A stretch of DNA of 64,000 nucleotides from Botryllus schlosseri. Lineage: Eukaryota. A program made the position numbers and the translations under genes. The stretch is taken from positions 23,932,001 to 23,996,000 of the forward strand of contig CM119384.1 in assembly GCA_051294905.1 (NCBI GenBank), read 5' to 3'. Positions 14,746 through 26,789 of the stretch are shown here, in pieces. Every line of letters starts with the position of its first letter. Position 1 is the first letter of the stretch. The notes beneath the pieces are model-generated. The model made no database searches, was not told the DNA's origin, and saw only the letters and a list, made by a program, of their open reading frames with translations.

Positions 14746-16070
14746 ATATATCAAGTTAGTATTGATGATAAGTACTGTACGTGGCCCAATCGTGGTCAAA
14801 TGCATGATCAATTATGTTTTATTATGGGCGTACAGTAAATAGAACTAGGTGAGAGCAAGAGTTTAGCTCAGTTTATACGCATTTTCACCCGAAATACCGG
14901 ACGAATAGCGATACAATGAAACGATAGGAAGAAGATGAAACGATCTGGAATAGTCTCTATATTAGGGATGGTGTGAACCTCTGAAAGGTTCGGGTTCGTG
15001 TGAACGCGAACCTTTTTGAAAGGTTCTGTGTGAACACGAACGTGAACCTCGTGACGTCAATATTGCTAATTCCAACCCTATCTTTCAATGACGTGATAGC
15101 CTATATCAGTGGTTCTTAACCTTTTTTCCTCCAGCGCCCCCTTTCAAAGATTATCGGGCTCCAGCGCCCCCCAACCTCATATTGTAAGGAATGTACCAAA
15201 GACAATGAGTAAGAGGGAGGGCCGTAACAGAACTTCGTCAACTCCCCTAAAAAATATTGCCTTGCGCACCCATAGCGTGATAAACCAAACTTCTGAGGGC
15301 TTCGCCCAAAGAACCCCGTAGCGTGATTTCGAAGGTCAGCAAAGTTTGTGTGGCCTAGGCCTAGTCGATTTAGGTGCCAAAATATTCTATAATGTATATG
15401 AATGAATAGGTGGTAATTACATATATATGTCGCTATAAACTTTTTATCCTCTCAGCCCACGTAATCAGATTTACCAGCAGCGCTGAGCTGTTGTATTGGA
15501 AAATAAACGGCACGTAATTAATAATAAACGTATTCGGGCGTGCCCGTAGGTACAATTAATTCGTTACCAGGGCCGTAACAGCACTTCGTCAGCCCCCCAA
15601 AAAACGTTGGTCTTGAGTCCCCCGTAGGGAGATAAACTAAACTTCCGGGGGGCTCCGCCCCCAGAGCCCCCTTCGGCTATCCGCTATTTTTTGATACTGG
15701 TCATCTACATTGGGTGTGCATTTACTGAGCCAGCTATTCTCGCCTAGACGCGCCAAGCGCGAAAAATTTCAATAATTATTGATTGAATTGGTCAATATGA
15801 TCGGGAAGTGCATATATATTAATATCAATTTTTATCCTTTCTCTGCTCACGTAAACAGATTTACCGGTAGAGCTGAGTGATGTGTGATTGAAAGGGTAGG
15901 ACCCCTCAATAATAATTATACATCTTAGGGCGTATACCCGTTGGCAGGAACGAAACGACACTTCGTCAGGCCCGCCGAAAAAACTTGGGTCTTGGGCTTC
16001 CATAGGGTGATAAACCGACCGCCCCCCATCACGTTGTTCGCTTTTGCCACGAAATCAGCTGTACTGTTTA

Positions 16071-19000
16071 GGCCCTTTTCATACCGGATTTACGAAACTC
16101 TTTCGGGAACAAGTTCCGAAACAGGCGATGTTCACATAGAGAAAAAATTACCGAAACAGTTCCGGGAAAAGAACGCGTTCATACCTATTTAGAGTTACCG
16201 CGAACTTATGTTCATACAGGTCGTTTTTTCGGTAAATTCGCGGGAAATTATGGCCAGTATGAACGCGATTCTCCGTAAGTGTTGATAGTTACGAAACCAT
16301 GTCTGTGGGGTGTTCCAGTTGTAATATGCTTGTGGAAAACGATGTGGGAGAGGCATATTCGTGAGATGCGGAGAAGTTGGCTCCAACTTTTAGCTATGGG
16401 ATGTTGCGGATATGCCTTCTCGATGTGTATGGGGCTCTATACTCAATATACCTGGATCAGTAATAGAGACCGAGCATGTTCCTGGCTTATATTATTAACC
16501 GAAGCTGAGAGCAGAAACTGAAAGCCAGCAAAGAGGACAGAGTCCTGGAATGAAAAGAACCACCGATCACATCTGCGTACGACAAAGTCAGTTTATCTAG
16601 TTGTGGTTGCTGTATAATGGTTTGGGTAAATCTAATCTTATGTACACTGTACAGAAAAACCAGGGAATTCGAGAAATCCGTGAGAGAAGCATTTGGTGTA
16701 CTCTGCGACGAGCTTCGAAACCATAACGAAAAGCAGCCAGCAAATTATACGAACTCAATTTCTCTTGCTTGCTGAGTAGCTGTCGCTCTTTGGAGGGTAG
16801 CCAATGAAGCCAATCATTTATTAAATCCAGGTAAACGATTTTAATACAAATAATTGCTGGTGTCTAGTGGGGCTAGCCACAATGATTCGAGTACTCGAAT
16901 CTGAATCGAGTAATAACTTTAATGATTCGAGTCGAGTAGTAAAATACTATTTTTCGAGTACTGTAATTATACTGAAAGTTGATTTGCTAACGAGAATTAT
17001 ACCATAGTTTTGATACTATTTTCCACTGAGTAAGCCTTGAAACCTTGATTGGCCGTGTCGCAACATACGAGATATAGCACAAAGCTACGAACGTTGCTGG
17101 AAATAACACATTTCCGAAGTCAGGACCATCTCATGGCCATAACAGTCAAGCAGTGCAATGAAAATGGTATGGTCGAAAAAAACAGTATCTTTAATGCGAC
17201 GGACAATAGGCGTTATGTTTTTTATGGTGGCATAAAAGGTAGCCTACACACTTAAATTTTGGCATTGTACATTGTGTTGTGATGTCATCATGATGATACT
17301 CGACTCGAATCGAAGTGTAATAAGTGATTCAGAATCGAATCACTCAGGCACTCGATTTTGCCCAACCCTAGTGCATCGTAATATTTCTATATTTGTCATG
17401 GCGGAACGTCAGCCAGTTTTTGCGTAGCATACCACTACAAAAAGGTCAGACAAATTTGGTCTTGAATCATTATGTTTGAAAAAGAAGTCTGAAAGACCAA
17501 TTGTTCTTGCCAAGTAGGCTACTTTCTATCTCGAAAGTAAGACCCAAATTGATGGAAGATAGACTTAAACTGGAAACTGAGCAGTCAACACAATGACTTG
17601 GACTCGAGTCATAAAACCATGTCTCGAACTCGACGCTCTGCTCGATGAGTTGGACTCGGATTTGACACGGTGGTAAATTGAAAATATATTGACTTGAATC
17701 TAGTCAAAACTATTGAAGTGGGATCGACTTGTGACTAGGTTACAACCCTGCTCACTCTTAAGACTGAAATTGCTGAAAATGAGACCAAATTTGTATATTT
17801 TTTGTAGTGTAGTCAGACATGTAGGCTACATTGTACATCAACCTACTCAGTTAATTTTAGTTACTAAAACTAAGTAGTTCTAGTTGTGGATTTGAAAAAG
17901 TGAATAGTTTTTGGTTCTAGTTGCGGATATTTGAAAGTGAGTAGTTCTAGTTCTAATTGCAGATTTTGAAAAGTTGATGGTTCTAGTCCAGGGTCGGCCA
18001 GCCCGTGGCTCGTGAGTTAATTTCCGAAATTAGTAGTATTATCAAAAATGGATTGCACAGATTGTGAACTTGCAAGGCCAATCAAAAATTTGATTTTTCT
18101 GGCCGCAACACTCGAGATGTGATGACTGAAATATCAGTTCCGACGCATTGGTGGATCTATGAGCCAGTCACATTTTGGTAGATCTTCGTACACTACAATA
18201 AAGCAGAATACTTGCGATAGATTTATCAGAAGTAAAAATTTTCTGCACGCTTAGCGCAACATCTTGTCACTCGATTTCTTGCTTTTAATATTGTTACCCC
18301 TTCGTGAAAATGAAAGAACGCCTAATGTAGCGGATTGAGTCTAACTATATATATATTCGCGACCTCCCGTTAGCACTCGCAGAAAGACCGTTGACTATGA
18401 AACCTAGGCACAAAATGATTGCCGCATGTTGGACGAAGCTTTCGATATCGATATGTCCAGGTGCTGAATAGTCCAGTCCTTGCAAACTGAGCCCAACATT
18501 ATGCATCAGGCTTGCAATATAGTGGGGTGACAATATTATAAATTTATCAACTTCAAAAAATTTTCGCACTTAGCGCGGCTAGTGGCCCGCAGAATAGTTC
18601 GTCAATCGAATGTGGCGATTTGGCTGAAAAGGTTGGCCACCCCTGTTCTAGTTGCTAGTTGCCCATTTTGAAATTCCAGCGCATTTTGAAATTCCAGTAC
18701 ACAGTACAAGTCTTGAGTGTTGTGGGTGGATAAAAAATTACCACAGCAACATTTGTACCAAACATGCATTCACATGCATTTGCTGCATTCAAGTTTTTCA
18801 GGATGACTTCATGATTGGGAGCCAGAGGGTTCAGTACTAGCCTACATAACTGATGACACAGCCTATCACAAACAGAGCATAAGCTAGAGCTAATTTCAAA
18901 TATGTAATATAAATTTCCTATCTGCCGCCCGTAAAATTCACAATTGCTTTTTCAGAAACTTAGCAAAGCACACATGAAGGTTGAAAGATTTTGGTCGACT

Positions 19001-20081
19001 GAAGGTGCGGTGTTCGGCTTAGCTCAGAAACTGCAATCCGCTAAGGCCAGAATGATACAGATGGTATACGCAATGAAGCCAAGACCTGGTGGTGATCCAA
19101 ATATCGCTGGCCCAGACGTCGGAAATGCCCTGTGTGAATTTCTCAATAAACAGGCTCTTGCTTAACGAGATGTGTTTGTGCTGTTTCATTTTATTCATGA
19201 GAAAAACTATAACTTGATGCACACTTGGACAGGTCCATCTTTTTCATCAGTATCCTCCATCTAGACCTGCAAAAAAATCAGATTAAGTTACACTTGCCTA
19301 ACATTGTGTGACAAAGGTGTGTGACAAAGGAATGAGAATGACTTGGTTGTAACAAGAAAATGAAGGCATATGTGAAAACCAGATTATGGCTTGGATGATG
19401 TACGATGGTTTACCAGCCCGTTCGTACAATTTCAATTTTGGTTAGTGATTCAGAGCTAAGGACATCATTCTCTGATGTGCTGCCACTACTATCAAAGCAG
19501 ATGTTACTAAATCCCCTTTTCAGTAGGCGTATATGATGGTGACTAACCTACGCACAGCATATCCGTGGTTAGAAACTTGCCTTTGATGTAACAAATTTGG
19601 TAAGAGTTAAGATCGCCTACCAAATTAGTGTTGAAGTCTCAAAGTTTTCAGGCAACTCACCCAATGCTGCATCATTTGGAGATGGTGTTCTACCTTTTAA
19701 GCCGTGCTCTGTTTACAAAACCGCAGAAAAAATAAGCTGACTAGTAGTCAGTGACTACGTATTGTGAGCATACAGAATATAAATCCAAGAATAATGCATT
19801 CCCAACACCATTACACAAGAAGATCAAAATGCTGTAGGTAGCTGACCTCGAAATACAAGCAGCCTGAATGAACAGCGAGTTACCGTAACTAAAAGTTTGA
19901 TTGACAGCGTTCCGGGAACCCAGCTGCGCCATTCGTGTTCATACTCAGTCGGTCCCGTAAAAATCTCCGAAAATAAGCGCGTTCATACCGCCCCGAAAAA
20001 CCGATGTTATGTTCACATAGAGGGGTTCCGGTAAACATTTTCGAGAAATGTTATTACCGGAACCCCGGTATGAAAAGGGCC
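16071..20081. mobile_element. PIF/Harbinger transposon, decayed
   Basis: TIR GGCCCTTTTCATACCGG / CCGGTATGAAAAGGGCC flanked by TTA on both sides, the 3-bp TWA TSD typical of Harbinger. Possible transposase remnant near 16670-16720 (FEKSVREAFGVLCDEL), which is weak evidence. Confidence 0.85.
17989..18645. mobile_element. hAT (Charlie/Buster-like) deletion derivative
   Basis: Imperfect TIR CAGGGTCGGCCAGCC / GGTTGGCCACCCCTG with TSD TTCTAGTC/TTCTAGTT. The minus-strand remnant HNVGLSLQG...IDIESFVQ resembles the Buster-type LN.xLQG motif (weak). Confidence 0.7.
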
Positions 20082-20226
20082 TTAGCGAGACAGTGCGAAG
20101 CGCGAAAATTGACGATAATTGACGATAAAATCGGTCAATAAGATCGGGAATTGCATATATATTGCTATCAATTTCTTGTCCTCTCCGCTCACGTTACCAG
20201 ATTTACCGGTAGAGCTGAGTGAGGTG

Positions 20227-20411
20227 CAATGTTCCCTCTAAGCTGCGCACGTGCGCAGTGCTGACACGGTCTCTGCACACAAAAAATCTACGTTGCGCAC
20301 AACAAATCCGAAGTTATGACCTTATTTTAGTCGTTACGCACTGTTGTCCAAGGGTCTGCGCAGTGAGTTTGTGAGTGTGCGCAGACTCGTCAAAACGTAG
20401 AAAGAACATTG
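20227..20411. mobile_element. Small hAT MITE (TIR CAATGTTC)
   Basis: CAATGTTCCCTCTA / TAGAAAGAACATTG with flanking GTGAGGTG duplicated (the terminal G is ambiguous). TGCGCA is repeated inside. Confidence 0.75.
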
Positions 20412-22898
20412 TGAGGTGTCTTGGAAACTGTAGGGCCCGTAAGTAATAATTAAACATAGCCGGGCGGGCGGACCCGTTGATATGACTTCGTAGCATGATG
20501 TTATTTCGTGACCTCCTGTCTGCTATATCAAAAAATATAGAATCGCCCAACAGGGATATCGCCCAACGGGGATATCTATAGTTCTATATATCCCTGTCGT
20601 CCAATCGTACTAAACTAAAAGACGCACACTATTTCAAATTGGTATTTCTTCAGTGGCATATTATTTTTCCCTGCCAGATGGAATTCGTCTTCTGAGGTTC
20701 AGATTGCCAAGACAGGAACATTCGGTGCCAGTCATTTAGGCGCCTATGGACAATTAAACCTATATGTCATTTGTAGGCTATAAATAACGAAGTTTTCGGT
20801 GTTAATTCGCTCTGAATATACTCATTAAGGATATGTCCTACTACCACATCATCTACTGCGAAGCCATTTTTCTCCAGCGCCCCCCATACCGCCCCCCTGA
20901 GCCCAGCGCCCCCCACATCGCCCCCTGAGCGTTTCCGCCCCGCTTCAAAATCGCCAGCGCCCCCTGGGGGGCGCTGGAGGCAAGGTTAAGAACCACTGGC
21001 CTATATTAATGTACACGATACCCAGCGAAGACTCGGGCCACATAATGTCGCATTGCTGAAGTACATATTGGCGTTTTAAACGTCGTTAAATGTATCAACC
21101 GCGGTTATCAAAGGATATGATAATCTCATAAAATCAATACATTCCATCGCTTTGCCAACAATTTCGACGAGAACTTACAGGGAATATAAGCTTTATACGC
21201 CTTAACGGTCTTATAGCCAGACCGGACAATGTGTCCGGAATCTGAGTATTGCTACATTGATATTGAGCAGAGTGTAAAACGGGTCTCTATACTTGCTACC
21301 GATATAATAAACAACAAGTTATATAGCAGTAGCCAGCACCTTAATCACACGGACTTGGTTTTATTGATACACTAAGTAAGTGACTGTAAGATATGAAGTC
21401 GAGATTGACCCCGTACGCCCGCTCGATTTTTTACATCAGAAAACGATATCAATGTCATTGATTGGTTGAATAAGCATCATTCGCTGACTACGTATATCGC
21501 TCGTGATGTTATGTGATTGCGGGTCAATCTCACAGCAGAGAGTCACTAAATATTCACAAACGGAAGCTGGATATTTCGAGAAATTTTTGAATACTTTGTT
21601 GCGCCGATGGCAGACGATATATATAAACGTAAGACCTTGATAGCTTTCACATCCTATTTGACGTCCACTTGTATGAATATAACTTTATTAGTTACACGAG
21701 CTTTCGGCAACTTTTGGTAACAAAAAAGCAAGTACCGGGTAAAACTTTTAAGGTTGTCAGGGTGCATGCTCGTTTAGTGTTGATTTTTTTATGCTGCCAG
21801 CGCCATGCGTAGAGAGACCCGCAGTTGAAATGCAATAAATTTGAACCAAAGATCTTATAATGAAGTGCAAATTACAATTTACCAAAAAGGTTCACAGTGC
21901 AGAACCTACCAAGGTTCTGTTGTGAACGTGAACCCCTAAATTTCCGAGGTTCACACACAGAACGCGAACGTGAACCTCACGTTCACACCATCCCTACTCT
22001 ATATATCAATTAAAAACACACAAAATGATGTAAAGAATGCATTAAAGGGGGATATCCGCTAAATGAAACAGGAAATAATGGTATAGAAAGCTAGAAGCGA
22101 TGAAGACATTATCAAAACTGGTAACTGGTAAGTGTTGATTTGTATCTTTTTTATAGAAATAGACCTAAATATTCAGCTGAAACTCGTCACAGCTAATCGT
22201 ATGCAACTGCATAGACTTGAAAAAACAATGTATATATCAGATATCTGTCAGAAAATCCCTATAAGTTCCCCAAAAGCTGTGAAATTCACATGTCATTCTG
22301 TGGCCGGCCACAGAACAGCTCGGAGCTCGCTGTGGCCGGTGCTTCCCCCATTCTGATATTGATTTTCAACCGTAAGATGTGCAATGTACATTGTGCAGCA
22401 GGCATGGGGTGATTACTTCATGAATGTAATCGATTGCGATTACGATTACTTCTGAATGACGCGATTACGATTACGATTACACCAAAATCAGGAAGTAGTC
22501 GATTACGATTACGATTACATTGGAAAAGTAATCACGATTATATTTATTTTGTAGCTTAGAAGTTATATCGGAGGACAATATATGGATTGCGCTGAAAAGG
22601 CCTAATGAGCTAAGCATCCTTTAAAAAAACATGCTTCATTGGATTGTTACGTCATCATGTACCGATTGCACATTTTTATAGAAGTTCGATTTATCGCAAT
22701 CAACGATTTGCATTCTTGCCAGGTCCATAACCGCCGCCCCCTCAAATTTCCCAATAAGGTGGGGAGTGAGATCGAAGGGGGCCAACATTAATTACACAGT
22801 CTTTGCGAAAGATTTAATTAACTTTAAAATCCTTTCTGGATAGCTTGGTTTTGAAATGCATACGTCTCCTCCTAAAAAGAAGCATACATAATTTATAG

Positions 22899-23314
22899 TA
22901 GGGTTGCATTTGAAACAGATGGTTGTTGAAAACACTTTGTTTAAAACATGTTTTAAACGGTGTTTTAAGAACAAACTAAATTGTGTTTTTAAAGTAGTAA
23001 CATTATGCCATAATTGTGTAAACACTTTCCAAAATCATTTTGTATGAGCCTACGAACAATTACCACCCGATTTGGCTGACGTACATCGATATGGGATGGT
23101 TGGAACCCTCAAAATAGCCTGTTCAACAGTTATATAGTCAAGATATTTCGTCAAATGAGCTATATTTACCCTATATTTTCAATTGTTAGTCTCAATCCAC
23201 TAGGACGTCACAATTTTATATTCGTGACGTCGTGGTTTAAATTTTTTTTTTAAACAAGGGTCTTGTTTTAAACATGTCTGTTTTAAATTGATTTTTGTTT
23301 TAAATGCAACCCTT
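22899..23314. mobile_element. hAT MITE (TIR TAGGGTTGCATTT)
   Basis: TIR pair with one terminal mismatch and a perfect TSD ATTTATAG. TTTTAAAC/GTTTAAAA repeats inside. Confidence 0.85.
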
Positions 23315-24003
23315 ATTTATAGTAATAGGCATTTGATAGGTGCCAGTCAATGCAGTGTCACGACACACCAAAAGATATACCCCGTTTCGACCAATATGCG
23401 ACTTCACAAAGTGTGCTACTAAAGAAGGACCTTGGTCGAAACTTTGGGTATGTGTCCATTGTCAATAGCCACGCTGGGTGGACGTGACCAACAATCAGGT
23501 CCTTCCAATCCGAGCTCATAATGCAAATGCCACCCGGGGCACCCACAGAGTTTTAAAGACATGACAATTTGTGTGTGCGTGTCACCAAAGCTCTTGCGCC
23601 ACTTCAATATCTTTTGATTATATAACAGACCAGTGGTCAAAAATTAACAACATAAACTAAAGTAATTATAACTATAGATACCGGACGTTATAAATATGAA
23701 TTACGAGCTCCCAGCTCTACTGGTAAATCTGACCATCGGGGCTGAGAGAGGATTAAAAATTAATAGTAATATAATGCAATTACTAATAATATTGACGAAA
23801 TTCAGTCTTCAACTTGAAAATACCACCCTTATGGGGCCAATCACCAACGTTTGGACTGGAGGACGAATTGCTGTTTGGGTCCAGATTCTAGCTACAACTC
23901 ACGCTAACATGGTATAGAAGCCCCTGGCCATGGCGGCAGGTCCCAATGTTGAGTAAAGAATTGTGAAATAATGATTGACGCCCGTTTCAAGTAGAGTCAT
24001 ATG

Positions 24004-24367
24004 TTTGTTTACTTAACACATACAACAGTGGTGTTTATCGCCTATCAAGGTCATGCACACCACGACAATGATATTAGTAATGTTCAGGATCTTTGCTTTC
24101 GCAATCTTTCCGGACGACTTCCACACTCGCGCGCTCCCTACTTCAGTCCCTCTCTCTTTCATGCATCCGGACTTGTTCGTTACTGCCGACTGGCGCGGCT
24201 CACCGTCGTACTGGGCTTCTTGAGACACTGCTAAGGCAGTGAAGTTAGCGATGAGGAGCCCAGATAAACCTCCGACACATAGAAGTTGGTTCGAAGCGGA
24301 ATTTGAACCACTGACATTGGTGTCGTGACGCCGGCGCTTGACCAACTGCGCCACTCGCTTCCCCATT
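24004..24367 (-). mobile_element. tRNA-derived SINE (SINE-1)
   Basis: The minus strand has an A box (TGGCGCAGTTGG) and a B box (GGTTCAAATTCC). A 10-bp TSD GAGTCATATG lies at 23994-24003 and 24368-24377. The element is absent from the homologous position in hAT copy 1 (~11830). Confidence 0.9.
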
Positions 24368-25955
24368 GAGTCATATGAGAATAAGATGAAGCCGGGGCCC
24401 GATGAAGCGAACATAAAATTCTGCCTTCAACCTCATAAGATAATGTACTGCAAGCTGCCGCTACCAGAAACGGCAAAGACGGCTGGGTTATGATATATAT
24501 CATTAGCTGCTGATTTTACAGCTTCCTTGTGGAAACCGTAATATTTTATTAGGCGAGTACAAAATTTCAAATCTTTGTCCGGCGTACGTACGTAGTACAT
24601 AGAGGCCTACTGCTCGCCAAGAAGCAACGGTCAAACTGCGTTCAACTAAGCATAGCCAAACATCAATACATAAATTACTATTTTAAACTAGGCAGAATGG
24701 AGATTAATTATCCTGCTGCAAGGGAGCGGCGTATGGAACGTGTTGATAACCTGATATACAGCACGGCGGGTGTTCTTAATCACACTAATGTAGGCTACGT
24801 ACATCGAATATCTATTTATTGTGGATACTTTTAACTATAGATTACTAACCTACGGAGGTTAGTAGTCTATATTTCTTACGCAATGACGAGAAAAGTTAAT
24901 AGGCTACTTCTGACGTAATAATGCGCAATAGCATTTGGAAATCAGACGTGTGTACTATCGCAAACCTGGTATAATATCTCTTCCTTGTGTACAAATGTTC
25001 AGTTTATGTCATAGTCCTTGTACAAATAAAAAGTAATCGTTCTTTCACTAAGAAATCGATTAGATATGCGAAGTAGTCGATTACGATTACTTCGGATTTT
25101 TTTCGAATGTAATCGATTGCGATTACGATTACTTGAAAATGCTGTAATCGTCGTAATCGATTACGATTACTAATCGCGATTACCCCATGTCTGTTGTGCA
25201 GTTGCAATCGATTGTATAGTTAGTTTTATTTTGTAAATATGCAAACCTACGATTAAACAATATGATGATGATAATGTCCTTCATTTTTCAACTATGTTTA
25301 TCGTTTATGATGAGTCTGCGATGCGAATAAGTGATAGATATATATCTGATCATGTAGTTTAAGGATGTAGGGCAGGGCCAGTTTAAAATCTTTCGTGGAT
25401 TGCCCTGATGATTTTATGAATAATAAAATACTGTACTGGCAATTTGTCTTAATTCACTGTAGATTTTTTCGATTTACGGTCAAGTAGACTCGACTATATA
25501 CCTCCTTGAATATAATCTATGTTTCATCGAGATACTGGATCGGTCAATATGCGGTCATTTTACCTGTTTTCTTGTTTTAAATACTAAATACCGTAATCAA
25601 AGTACCCGAAAGAAACAATTAGGGAATCAAAGAACCAAGAATATGTGGAAAATACTCTTTCAAGTTCCAGAAAAGCTGTGCAATCCACGTAACATTCTGT
25701 GGCCGGCCACAGAGCAGCTCGCAGCTCGCTGTGGCCGGTGCTTCCCCGATCTGATAAGTCTTTCCAACGGTATAGAGGACATGAAGTTGCAAACTATTAG
25801 GGTCCGTCAAGCAAAATCAGTATATCCGCTAGTGGCGCTAGACTTGAGTTGTTGAATTCTGCTAGAGAACTTACTGGGAGCTTTTGACAACCGATCAGTA
25901 CCGTGAGTCGTCTTTGTAGTTTGATTGATGGGGATTGTAAGCTCTCAACGGAGGT

Positions 25956-26376
25956 ATGCCGCAGTACTGCTGTGCCCCCAGATGTAATAATACATCCTAG
26001 GGTCACATGTTTCCCACTGACATGGATTTACAGTTGAAGTGGCGAGTAGCGATTAGGAGAAATGTGGAGACCTGACTTGTATCGCGACCGCGTTTGTGGT
26101 AGTCATTTTATGGAAGAAGATTACGTGCAGCCAACTGGATCACTCGGCAAGCGCCGTTACAGAAAGTTAAAAAATGCCGTCCCGTCTGTTCTTCAATTTA
26201 GTACACCGGTATCTGAGCTACCATCTGCTAGAACAGAGAAAATGGTTTCTTGGAGAAGTATTTTAACCGTTGATTTGGAGGATGAATGTCAGCACCAGAA
26301 TATAGCTAGACAAGAGACGGTCGAGACAGGGAATTTTCTTGATTGTGCCCAAGCGAAAAAAGTAAATGTGATGTAG
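25956..26376 (+). pseudogene. THAP zinc-finger transposase N-terminus, disrupted
   Basis: MPQYCCAPRCNN(T S *)GHMFP...KWRVAIRR, then a frameshift, then WRP...VCGSHFMEEDY...AVPSV. This is a C2CH THAP signature with an in-frame TAG at 25998-26000. Confidence 0.8.
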
Positions 26377-26789
26377 CTTACAAGGTGCAAGAAGATTCCA
26401 CACAGCATACCGCCAACCGGTAATTTCCTATGTTCCATTTTTTCGCAGGTGTATGTAAATTACTCTCTTACCTCTGAGTATGAAGCGACGCTACTTGTGT
26501 AAACAATGCACTCCAGACTGCTAAAAAGAAATCTTAGTTCTTGAATGCTGCCTCGCTCCACTAATTCAGAAACAACAGGTAAACAAAACAATAGTTTTAT
26601 TGAACTGAACATCAAAAGAATATAACATAAACCAATCCTAACAAAGTAACTTTTTTGAAAAGAATTTCCTCCAATGATTTTCATAGGAGTGAACTAATGG
26701 CAATAAAATATATTTCTCTAAGAAGTGTTTATCAAATTTAATATTTTATGTAAATAAATATTTGAAAGTGTAAACAGTAAAATAAAATA

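Larger units (their letters stand above)
15107..20998. mobile_element. Non-autonomous hAT (TIR CAGTGGTTCTTAACCTT) with internal ~350-bp diverged tandem units
   Basis: Perfect TIRs and TSD GCCTATAT (15099-15106, 20999-21006). Internal units with ACTTCGTCA...GATAAAC recur at ~15230, ~15580 and ~15960. Confidence 0.9.
14963..21996. mobile_element. Non-autonomous hAT, outermost shell of a 4-level nest
   Basis: TIR TAGGGATGGTGTGAAC / GTTCACACCATCCCTA with a perfect TSD CTCTATAT. GTGAAC/GCGAAC subterminal repeats. Confidence 0.9.
22399..25193. mobile_element. Non-autonomous hAT, family with TIR CAG(A/G)CATGGGGT (copy 2)
   Basis: CAGGCATGGGGT at 22399 and ACCCCATGTCTG ending at 25193 with a perfect TSD TTGTGCAG. 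GATTAC arrays. The interior is collinear with 10026-12587 (~80% by eye). Confidence 0.9.

Noticed and set aside
16865-17370. hAT-like element ending in GCCCAACCCTA
   Set aside because: The left TIR is too degenerate and there is no TSD. It is probably a real fragment but could not be delimited.
20551-20596. 46-bp palindrome CAGGGATAT...ATATCCCTG
   Set aside because: Too short and single-copy in this window to call an element.
10040-25190. GATTAC and GACTCGAGTC arrays as CRISPR-like repeats
   Set aside because: The units are short and irregular, lie at hAT subtermini next to TIRs, have no unique spacers, and there are no cas genes. The context is eukaryotic.
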